Below, in pieces: positions 23,594 through 31,774 of a stretch of DNA of 64,000 nucleotides; positions within the stretch are counted from its first letter, which is position 1, and every line of letters begins with the position of its first letter. Made by a program: the position numbers and the translations under genes. Source of the stretch: Gammaproteobacteria bacterium (GTDB lineage: Bacteria; Pseudomonadota; Gammaproteobacteria; Eutrophobiales; Eutrophobiaceae); NCBI GenBank assembly GCA_965221695.1, contig OZ244905.1, positions 3,328,001 through 3,392,000 on the forward strand, written 5' to 3'. A model generated the notes under the pieces. That model saw only the letters and a program-made list of their open reading frames with translations. It made no database searches and was not told the origin of the DNA.

Positions 23594-26353
23594 ATGTTAA
23601 GAACCATTGTCCTGTTGCTCATAAGCATAGGTATTTACTGCTCACCCGCGTTTGCCGACGAGGCTCCCGGTCACGATCAATCGCCTGCCGGCGAGGATTT
23701 TATCGAGGAGATCAGGGTCACTGCCCACCCGTTGTCCGAGATCGATGAACACATCGTCCAACCTGTTCAGGTCCTGTCAGAAGAAGAACTGAAAACCCGC
23801 AGTATCAGCAACATAGGTGAAACGATTGCCAATGAACCGGGTGTGGCTTCCAGCGATTTCGGCACGGGAGCAGGCCGCCCTGTCATCCGCGGGCTGAGCG
23901 GCAGCCGGGTACAGGTGCTGGAAAATGGCCTGGGCACGATGGATATCAGCAGTTCGAGCGCGGACCACTCGGTTACCACGGAGACAGTGCTTTCTCAGCA
24001 GGTTGAGATATTTCGCGGTCCCGCGACGCTGCTGTTCGGCAGCGGCGCAAGTGGCGGCATTATCAACGTTGTGAAAGACAGAATACTCGATTATGTGCCC
24101 GATCAGGTGGAAGGCGAGGTGGCCTTGCAATATGAAACCGTTTCGGACGGCATGACCGGCGCCGGCAGTTTGAATTTCGGGATAGGTGATTTTGCGTTTC
24201 ATCTCGACGGCATGTCGCGCAATACCGATGATTACAATATCCCGGGATTTGCTGAGATGGAACCGGGTGAGTCTGAGCGGGGCACGCTGGCCAACAGCAG
24301 CAGGGACACGGAGAACATATCGGGAGGCTTGTCCTGGGTCGGTTCACGCGGCTATGCCGGCTTTTCCGTGAGCCACTATCGGAACAAGTATGGGATACCG
24401 GGACATCACCACCATCACGAAGACGAGCATGACCATCTGCACGACCTTGAAGACATGGATTTAGACGATGATCATGACCATGATGAAGATGAGCATCATG
24501 ATGATGAAGATGGCGATCATGATGAGGACGAACATCATGACGATGAAGATGGCGATCATGACCATGATGAAGATGAAAATCATGACGAGGAAGACGGCGA
24601 TCACGACCATGATGAGGATGAAAATCATGACGATGAGGACGGCGATCATGATGAGAACGAACACCATGACGATGAGGATGGTGATCTTGACCATGATGAG
24701 GACGCAGCGCAGCATAATGAGGACGAGGAGCATCACGACGAAGAAGATCATCACGATGAGGACGAAGCAAATCATAATGAGGACGATGATGATCACGACG
24801 AGGATGCAGCGCATGATGAAGATGAAGAACATCACGACGAAGATGAAGCACATGATGATGAAGACGCCGCTCAAGACCATGACGAAGAAGATGGGCATGA
24901 CGAGGAAGACGGACATGACGAAGAAGAAGGCGACCACGATCATGACGAAGAAGACGGGCATGATGAAGAAGAAGGCGACCACGATCATGACGAAGAAGAC
25001 GGGCATGATGAAGAAGATGGCGACCACGATCATGAAGAAGAAGACGGACATGACGAGGAAGACGGCGACCATGACCATGATGAAGAAGATGGGCATGACG
25101 AGGAAGAGGAAGGCGGTGTGCGCACTCACATGGAACAGACCCGCTACGATTTCGTCGCAGCCCTGAATGATCCGTTGCCCGGCTTGAGACGCGTGAAGTT
25201 ACGCTGGGGTTTTAATGATTATCAACATGATGAAATCGAACCGGGCGGCGAGATCGGCACAGCCTTTGATAACGAGGAGGTGGAAGGGCGCATCGAGTTG
25301 CTTCATGATCCCATAGGCGACTGGAGCGGCGCTGTCGGGTTCCACTACCGTCACAAAGACTTCGCGGCTGTTGGCGCGGAGAGCTATGTGCTGCCGTCGG
25401 AACTGGAGTCGTTCGGGGTTTTCATCCTGGAAAAAACCGATATCGGACGCATGCATATTGAACTGGGCGCACGCTTTGAACACCAGGATTCGAACGCAGA
25501 GACGGGCGCTAAAAATGACTATGACCTGTTCAGCGCCTCCGGTGGCCTGAGCTGGGATTATGCCCCGGGCTACCAGGTCGGCATTTCTGCCAGTCATTCA
25601 GAGAGAGCGCCGTCGATTGAGGAGTTGTATGCGCAAGGCCCGCACCTGGCGACCGCGACCTTCGAGATCGGTGACGCCAACCTGGATAAAGAGAAGTCCA
25701 ATAATGTCGATATCTACTGGCGCAAAACGACGGGCATGTTCACTGTCAGCGCCAATTTCTTCTACAACCGCATTGACGATTACATCTACAGACAGGAACA
25801 GGACCTGAACGGTGATGGTTTCGCCGACCGGGTGCCGGAAAATTTTGACGGCGACCCGGCAGATATCCTGGACCCGGAAGATGACGAGGAACCGTTGCTG
25901 GTTTACCTGAGCCAGGACGACGCCGAATTTCTGGGTTTTGAGGCGGAAACCCGGGCGCGCCTGCTGGACACTGACCAGGGTCGCATGGTGTTGCGTTTAT
26001 GGGCGGACTATGTGGAAGGCGAACGCAGCAATGATATCAACCTGCCGCGCATCACGCCCTGGCGTTTCGGTTCGGGCCTCACGTATTCACGCGGCGACCT
26101 GTATACAACCGTCAACTATACCCGCGTGAATGAGCAGGACAGCACTGCGCCGTTGGAGACGGAGACGGGCGGCTACCACCTGCTGGATATCCATGCCGAC
26201 TACACGTTCAGGCTGGGCGACAACAGGGTGACGCTGTTTGCCCGCGCTACCAACCTGCTTGATGAACAGATACGCCGGCATATTTCCTTTGTCAAAGACC
26301 AGGCGCCACTGCCAGGACGCTCCGGCATCTTCGGTATGCGTTTTGCGTTTTAG
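23594..26353 (+). CDS. ZnuD-like TonB-dependent metal receptor with very long His/acidic loop
   Basis: Plug GAGRPVIRGLSGSRV...SADH, YGIPGHHHHH, DYQHDEIE, EELYAQGPHLAT, C-terminal RRHISFVKD..PLPGR..F; GGAGA RBS before ATG 23594. Confidence 0.9.
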   Translation: MLRTIVLLLISIGIYCSPAFADEAPGHDQSPAGEDFIEEIRVTAHPLSEIDEHIVQPVQVLSEEELKTRSISNIGETIANEPGVASSDFGTGAGRPVIRGLSGSRVQVLENGLGTMDISSSSADHSVTTETVLSQQVEIFRGPATLLFGSGASGGIINVVKDRILDYVPDQVEGEVALQYETVSDGMTGAGSLNFGIGDFAFHLDGMSRNTDDYNIPGFAEMEPGESERGTLANSSRDTENISGGLSWVGSRGYAGFSVSHYRNKYGIPGHHHHHEDEHDHLHDLEDMDLDDDHDHDEDEHHDDEDGDHDEDEHHDDEDGDHDHDEDENHDEEDGDHDHDEDENHDDEDGDHDENEHHDDEDGDLDHDEDAAQHNEDEEHHDEEDHHDEDEANHNEDDDDHDEDAAHDEDEEHHDEDEAHDDEDAAQDHDEEDGHDEEDGHDEEEGDHDHDEEDGHDEEEGDHDHDEEDGHDEEDGDHDHEEEDGHDEEDGDHDHDEEDGHDEEEEGGVRTHMEQTRYDFVAALNDPLPGLRRVKLRWGFNDYQHDEIEPGGEIGTAFDNEEVEGRIELLHDPIGDWSGAVGFHYRHKDFAAVGAESYVLPSELESFGVFILEKTDIGRMHIELGARFEHQDSNAETGAKNDYDLFSASGGLSWDYAPGYQVGISASHSERAPSIEELYAQGPHLATATFEIGDANLDKEKSNNVDIYWRKTTGMFTVSANFFYNRIDDYIYRQEQDLNGDGFADRVPENFDGDPADILDPEDDEEPLLVYLSQDDAEFLGFEAETRARLLDTDQGRMVLRLWADYVEGERSNDINLPRITPWRFGSGLTYSRGDLYTTVNYTRVNEQDSTAPLETETGGYHLLDIHADYTFRLGDNRVTLFARATNLLDEQIRRHISFVKDQAPLPGRSGIFGMRFAF
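24404..25111 (+). repeat. Coding low-complexity His/Asp/Glu tandem repeat (~236 aa)
   Basis: Units such as DHDEDEHHDDEDG and HDHDEEDGHDEEEGD with mixed synonymous codons. Confidence 0.95.
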
Positions 26354-26451
26354 TTGCCGGAGCGTTTGCGCCGAGCGCGGTGAGCCAGATAGCTGAGTAA
26401 TATACCACCTAACAGCAGAGTCAAAAGCGGGGCTAACAGGTTGAGGGTCAT
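26350..26451 (-). CDS. Small single-TM protein with basic tail (33 aa)
   Basis: MTLNLLAPLLTLLLGGILLSYLAHRARRKRSGN*; GGAGA RBS within the end of the upstream small gene. Confidence 0.55.
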   Translation of the reverse strand: MTLNLLAPLLTLLLGGILLSYLAHRARRKRSGN

Positions 26452-26452
26452 A

Positions 26453-26620
26453 TCAATTCTCCAGGCTGCCGGCCAAGATCAGCGCCAGACCGGTCGTCGT
26501 GATTGCCACACTGCCCGAGGCCTGGGTCGCGTCAAGTACGCCGGAGATCAGGCCAGTGGCAGCCACAATGACTCCGATCTGGCGCAAAGCCGCACCAAGA
26601 TGATCAGGGTTAATATTCAC
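26453..26620 (-). CDS. Small two-TM protein (55 aa)
   Basis: MNINPDHLGAALRQIGVIVAATGLISGVLDATQASGSVAITTTGLALILAGSLEN*; GTG start 6 nt after a -10 box. Confidence 0.6.
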   Translation of the reverse strand: MNINPDHLGAALRQIGVIVAATGLISGVLDATQASGSVAITTTGLALILAGSLEN

Positions 26621-26626
26621 GCAGAT

Positions 26627-26637
26627 AGTATAGCACA
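26627..26637 (-). promoter_or_regulatory. Extended -10 promoter, probably giving a leaderless mRNA
   Basis: TGTGCTATACT on the minus strand followed by ATCTGC-GTG. Confidence 0.55.
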
Positions 26638-26809
26638 GGACCTTTGTCGGAACTGCACTCGGTCGTGATTTTCATCGACTCGTTGCCTATTTTTTCAATG
26701 GTAGTGCGTGGAATTGAGACGCGCAAGCGGATCTTCTCAGGCGCTTCATTCAATATGCGGTAGAATGTGCTCAGGATAAAATAAGCGTATAGGAGAACTG
26801 TCAGCCGTT

Positions 26810-27640
26810 GTGGAATATTCTGACTCTTTATTACTGCTGGCGGGATATTCCGTCGCAATCATAGCCGGTTCCCTGTTGGGTGGATGGCTGCCGTCCGTAT
26901 TTCGGATGACCCATACCCGTATCCAGATGGCGATGACTTTTGTCGCGGGCCTGATTCTCGGGGTCGCCATCTACCACCTGCTGCCCTACAGTTTGCAGGT
27001 GTTCCCCGGCGAACATGCCGTTGAAACCGTCGCATCATGGATGATACTGGGCATTGTGGTGATGGTATTGATGTTGCGCTTCTTCCACTTTCACCAGCAT
27101 GATTTCAGTGATGTGGACCAGAATAACCACGCCCCTTCAAATCACGACACGGTCGCAGCGCACCCGGTCAGTTGGTTCGGTATCGCCCTGGGGCTGGGCT
27201 TGCACTCGCTGACCGAAGGAATCGCGCTGGGCAGTAGCCTGCGGGTCGGCCTGTCCCATGAAGGCATGGGTAGTCTGGCAGGATTTGGCGTTTTCCTGGC
27301 GATACTATCGCACAAGCCGCTTGACGCGCTCTCCATTACCGGCACGATGCAGGCCGCGGGATTGAGCTGGCGTCTGCGCATGTTGGCCAATGTGCTGTTT
27401 GCACTGATATGCCCGATGGTGGCTTTTCTTACTTTCTGGGGCGTGGGACTGCTTGGTGCGGAGGGGCCACTGGTGATCGGTTGTGCACTGGCTTTCGCAG
27501 CCGGCGCGTTCCTGTGTATTGCCCTGAGCGACCTGTTGCCCGAATTTCATTTCCACCGCCATGACCGTATCAAGCTCACACTGTCCTTCCTCACAGGAGT
27601 CGGCTTGATCTTCATCCTTCACTACCTCGAATCCGGCTAG
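26810..27640 (+). CDS. ZIP-family divalent metal transporter
   Basis: Multi-TM, HFHQH loop, LHSLTEG and HKPLD metal sites, DLLPEFHFH. Confidence 0.9.
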   Translation: MEYSDSLLLLAGYSVAIIAGSLLGGWLPSVFRMTHTRIQMAMTFVAGLILGVAIYHLLPYSLQVFPGEHAVETVASWMILGIVVMVLMLRFFHFHQHDFSDVDQNNHAPSNHDTVAAHPVSWFGIALGLGLHSLTEGIALGSSLRVGLSHEGMGSLAGFGVFLAILSHKPLDALSITGTMQAAGLSWRLRMLANVLFALICPMVAFLTFWGVGLLGAEGPLVIGCALAFAAGAFLCIALSDLLPEFHFHRHDRIKLTLSFLTGVGLIFILHYLESG

Positions 27641-27662
27641 CCCAGGCAAACACCCAGCCGCA

Positions 27663-28640
27663 TTAATTTCCCGGAATCAACGAATCAGGAATGTCATAAA
27701 AGCCGGGGGCGTGTTCCAGGATCAAATCCTTGATGACGCGGGCGCTGGTATGCATATGTGAATAGGGTGAGCAGCACAGCGTGATAGTGCGTATGATCCG
27801 GTAACCCTCCACGCGTCTGAAGTCGATCTTATCGGTGGGTTCATGATCGATAACAGCACAATGCGGGACAAACGAACAACCCACTCCCGATTGCACAAGA
27901 TCCAGGCAAAGTTCCGGCGAGTCGGTGCGCGCAATATGCTGAAGTTGGATTTCATGTTCATTAGCCAGCCATTCGATATTTCTGGTGATTGCGTGATGTT
28001 TGGGAGTGGATATCAACCTGGCGCTGGCCAGAGCATTGATCGGCACCGTGGTCTCGTCCGAGCCGGCAATGTCGTACAACTCTCTTGCCGAGCAAAAAAA
28101 GACTTCTTCTTCAAACAACTTGTAATATTCAAGAGTGCTCGAGGAGAATAAATATTCGGTGTGCAGCGTGGCCTGATCTTTGCGGACTGAAATATCCTTG
28201 TGCAGAATGGCCATATCGATGCCGGAATGGGATAACTGGTTATACAGGTCTTTGCTGTCCCCGGAGAGGAACTCTATTTCGATATTCGGATATTGCTCAT
28301 GTATTTTTCTGAACAGTCCAAGTCCAAGAAACCGCGCCAGGCTTTTTTGAAAGCCCAGGACAATAGTACCGACCGGGCGCGAGACTTCCTGCTTGATTTC
28401 ATCCAGCGCCTCGTTTGCTGACTTGACTATATTCTTGGCATGGGAATAAAGTCGCTGCCCGGCGTCGGTTAAGGTAACGCCTTGTCGTGAACGAACAAAC
28501 AGCTTTACCCCCAATTCGCTTTCCAACGCAGACAGCCGGTTGCTCAGCGCCGGTTGGGCGATATAAATCTGTTCCGCGGCGCGGGTGATACTCCCCGCGT
28601 CGGCGATGGCGATCAGCGCGCTCAGGTGTTTGATATCCAT
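27663..28640 (-). CDS. LysR-family regulator
   Basis: GSITRAA...AQPALS...LESELGVKLFVR HTH. Confidence 0.93.
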   Translation of the reverse strand: MDIKHLSALIAIADAGSITRAAEQIYIAQPALSNRLSALESELGVKLFVRSRQGVTLTDAGQRLYSHAKNIVKSANEALDEIKQEVSRPVGTIVLGFQKSLARFLGLGLFRKIHEQYPNIEIEFLSGDSKDLYNQLSHSGIDMAILHKDISVRKDQATLHTEYLFSSSTLEYYKLFEEEVFFCSARELYDIAGSDETTVPINALASARLISTPKHHAITRNIEWLANEHEIQLQHIARTDSPELCLDLVQSGVGCSFVPHCAVIDHEPTDKIDFRRVEGYRIIRTITLCCSPYSHMHTSARVIKDLILEHAPGFYDIPDSLIPGN

Positions 28641-29960
28641 TCAGGCTATTTTACCCGGAAGATAAAGCGCTATTCCAGGAAATAAAGCAATGAGCGCGAT
28701 TGCCAGCATCATCAGCAAAACGTAGGGCAGGGCGCCATAGACCACATCGGAGAATTGTGCCCGGGCGGCGCCTTTGATAACCATCAGGTTCAGTCCCACC
28801 GGGGGCGAAATCAACGACATTTCCAGGTTGATCACCAACAAAATGCCGTACCACATCCGATCGATACCGAGCAGGTCCAGCGCCGGCAGTATCAGCGGTG
28901 TGGTCACCAGGGTAATCGAGGCGCCCTCCAAAAACATGCCCATAATGAAGATAAGCGCCATTAAACCCAACAGGAACACGAGCGCGTCCAATTCCATGGA
29001 AATTACCCATTCGAGCAATTGCAATGGGATTTCGGTAATAACGATAACATGCCCGAATAACGCTGCGCCGGCGACGATGGCAAACACCAAACCGGCGTTT
29101 TCCGCGGCTTTTTTCGCAGCCAGGTGGCAACCTTTCAGCGTCAGTTGCCGGTACACACAAGTCGCCAGCAGCATCGATAAGACCACGCCGACAGCCCCCG
29201 CCTCAGAAGGCGTAAACACCCCGCTGTACAAGCCGCCAATAATCAACACCGGCAGTAATGCAACCATGCTGACTTTGAATTTTCCGGTACTCCCAGAGGT
29301 ATCGTCGTTCCCGGGTTCGGACTGATCCGGCGAAGTCTGCAGTTCATCGGCTGGCTCCCCCGCGCTGGGCTGCAAGGACAGTTGCAGGCGGTCATACAGG
29401 CAGAACAAGCTGATCAGCAGCAGCGCCGGGAGCAATGCGGCGATAAACAAACCGCTGATCGACACATCGGCGATGATTCCGTAAACGATCAATGCAATAG
29501 ATGGCGGGATCAGTATTCCCAAGGTACCGGATGCTGCGACCAGGCCATACGCGCTCCGTTTGGAATAACCATGTTTGAGCATTTGCGGAATGGACACATC
29601 GCTTAATGTGACAGCGGTGGCAACCGAAGACCCTGAAACCGCAGAAAAAACCGTTGCCACGCCGAGCGTGGTAGCGCCGGCGCTGTTTTTGATATTGCCT
29701 GCGATACGGTTGACAGTATTGTAAACATCCTGCAGTGCATTCGTTCTGATCAGGATTTGGGCCATGTAGGCAAACAGCGGAATGGCGACAAACGCATAGG
29801 TATCCAGCCTGGCAAAAATGATGTCCGCAATGTGCTCAATACCCGCCGGCCCTTCCATGGCCAGCAGCGCCACTACTGAAGTGATACTCAAGGCGACAAA
29901 TACCGGCACGCCCGCTGCCAGCAGAAAAAGGAGAAACAGTATCAGCAACAGCTCACTCAT
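28641..29960 (-). CDS. dctM: TRAP transporter large permease
   Basis: AIPLF, SGSSVATA, GTLGILIPPSI, TPSEA, SPPVGLNL. Confidence 0.93.
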   Translation of the reverse strand: MSELLLILFLLFLLAAGVPVFVALSITSVVALLAMEGPAGIEHIADIIFARLDTYAFVAIPLFAYMAQILIRTNALQDVYNTVNRIAGNIKNSAGATTLGVATVFSAVSGSSVATAVTLSDVSIPQMLKHGYSKRSAYGLVAASGTLGILIPPSIALIVYGIIADVSISGLFIAALLPALLLISLFCLYDRLQLSLQPSAGEPADELQTSPDQSEPGNDDTSGSTGKFKVSMVALLPVLIIGGLYSGVFTPSEAGAVGVVLSMLLATCVYRQLTLKGCHLAAKKAAENAGLVFAIVAGAALFGHVIVITEIPLQLLEWVISMELDALVFLLGLMALIFIMGMFLEGASITLVTTPLILPALDLLGIDRMWYGILLVINLEMSLISPPVGLNLMVIKGAARAQFSDVVYGALPYVLLMMLAIALIALFPGIALYLPGKIA

Positions 29961-30507
29961 GCCTGTTATCGCGCTGTGTCAGCAACTCGGAACCGGCAAG
30001 CCGCGGGAAAACAGCGATACTCGACAATGTCATCAGCGCGCCGCCGGTGGGGATGCTGAGATTCAATATCCAGTCCGGTAAACCAAGCAAACTGGGAGAC
30101 CGTATACCGTATTCATACAAAAACAATACTGCTTGCGCGCCTGAAACCAGTATCAGAATGGACGTCATGAAACAGCAAAGCCAGATCAACAGCGCGCCCG
30201 CAACGGCCGTTTTGCCCGAAATCCGGCGTTGCAGCAACTCGATGCGCACATGCCCGCCTTGCTCTATCAGCCAGCTTGCGACCAGCAATGAAACCAGGGG
30301 AATGGACGCCGATATCAATTCGTCTATCCAGACCAGCGGGTGCGCAAACAAATAGCGCGCGACGACGCCAGTGAAAACCAGTAACGCCATCAGGATAACT
30401 ATGCCGGCGGATAGTTCTATCGCAGCGCGGTTAAGCAAACTGACAACCTGAAGCAGGCGCGAAGCGCCCGCAGAACGTTGGGTAACCTCCGGGGGTTTAT
30501 TTGCCAT
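29953..30507 (-). CDS. dctQ: TRAP transporter small permease
   Basis: VVARYLF...WIDEL...GHVRIE, four TM. Confidence 0.9.
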   Translation of the reverse strand: MANKPPEVTQRSAGASRLLQVVSLLNRAAIELSAGIVILMALLVFTGVVARYLFAHPLVWIDELISASIPLVSLLVASWLIEQGGHVRIELLQRRISGKTAVAGALLIWLCCFMTSILILVSGAQAVLFLYEYGIRSPSLLGLPDWILNLSIPTGGALMTLSSIAVFPRLAGSELLTQRDNRHE

Positions 30508-30642
30508 GATGGATGAATGCCATGCTTATTTCCATTACCACGTTCAACTTGATCTTGGCCTGTTCAGCGGGTCGGGAAGCGGTTGAGCGCCAGGCACGCT
30601 GCGCCGGTTAAGATTATAACCAGGTAAGCGCCGGTGTCTCAG

Positions 30643-31653
30643 CTACCGCTGTTCCCTCCAGGCATTGTAGTATGACAGCATTTTTTCTCCTCTTGCGCCG
30701 GTCTGAAGGATAAAGTTCTGCTCCCAGTCTGCCAGCATGACCCCGGCCAGGCGTTCGATTTCAGCCTGGGTATGCACATGGATTTGCATCCCGTTTTCCC
30801 GGAGCAAATCCGGCAGTATTGCATCTTCCTCGCGCGCATAGTTCACAGCTTCCCGTTCCAGCGCCTTGCTTTCGGTGTTGATGATCGCGCGCATCCGGTC
30901 GTCCAGGTTTTTCCACCAGTTTTTATTGACTGCCAGCGTAAATACAGTGATAAACACAGGTGTGATAGTACACCACTCCTGGATCTCATAATATCGCCTG
31001 TGATAGACGGCCGGCAAGGTGGTCAGCGAGGCGTCGATGAGATTGGTTTGCAGCGCCTGGTAAGCCTCCCCGCCGCTCATCGTGACCGGCGCCGCGCCCA
31101 ACGCCATCAACGAGGTGTTTACCTGCGCGCTCATCCCGCGGATCTTCAACTGCCTGAAATCGGCAGGTCTGACCAACGGGCGCTGATTTGACGTGAATCC
31201 CTGCACATCCGTAATCCAGATCCATGCCAGGTTATGCGCGCCAACTCCGGCAAACATGTCCAGGTTGGCCAATGGCGGGCTCTCCAGGAAATCCCTGAAC
31301 TCATGATAATTCATGAACGCGAATGGTCGGCTGAATATACTGATTTCAGGAATGCTCAGTCCCCAGTCGATATTGCTTATCAGCGCGGCTTCGATATGGC
31401 CTCTTGCCACCGCTTGGACCTGGCTTTTTGAACGCAGCAACTGGTTGCCGGGAAACAGCTTTATTTCGAGCTGATTCCCGGCTTTTTCCCCAATCCTTTC
31501 CGCCCAGCGGTCGACCAGTTCGGCGATGGATCTTCCTTTTGGCACGCCATGGCTTAATCGCAGCAGGGACGCATCGGCCCTGGCGTCAGCCGCGGCGCCA
31601 AGAGCAAACCATGCAAACAGCAATAATCGATACATAACTCCTTCCGGCATCAT
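30643..31653 (-). CDS. dctP: TRAP transporter substrate-binding protein
   Basis: Signal peptide, LFPGNQL, DFRQLKIR, EAYQALQT; exact start uncertain. Confidence 0.9.
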   Translation of the reverse strand: MMPEGVMYRLLLFAWFALGAAADARADASLLRLSHGVPKGRSIAELVDRWAERIGEKAGNQLEIKLFPGNQLLRSKSQVQAVARGHIEAALISNIDWGLSIPEISIFSRPFAFMNYHEFRDFLESPPLANLDMFAGVGAHNLAWIWITDVQGFTSNQRPLVRPADFRQLKIRGMSAQVNTSLMALGAAPVTMSGGEAYQALQTNLIDASLTTLPAVYHRRYYEIQEWCTITPVFITVFTLAVNKNWWKNLDDRMRAIINTESKALEREAVNYAREEDAILPDLLRENGMQIHVHTQAEIERLAGVMLADWEQNFILQTGARGEKMLSYYNAWREQR

Positions 31654-31726
31654 CAGACATCCTATGATGCTTGACCTTGCTCATCGCTGCAAGCATAACG
31701 ATTGCGTTGCCGCCGCCCTGCGCGAG

Positions 31727-31755
31727 CGCAGCAACGACGCGCGGTCGTTGCTGCG
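31727..31755. terminator. 12-bp perfect hairpin after the TonB receptor (mRNA stabiliser or attenuator; no U-tract)
   Basis: CGCAGCAACGAC-GCGCG-GTCGTTGCTGCG. Confidence 0.45.
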
Positions 31756-31774
31756 TCGGCAATCACGGGGGGGG

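Noticed and set aside
24404-25111. Periodic DNA resembling a CRISPR array
   Set aside because: It is an in-frame coding repeat with no unique spacers and no cas genes.
24063-25166. Long Met-rich, hydrophobic and His/Arg-rich ORFs in alternative frames of the receptor loop
   Set aside because: These are expected by-products of GAT/GAC/CAT/GAA codon repeats; a frameshift into them would destroy the barrel.
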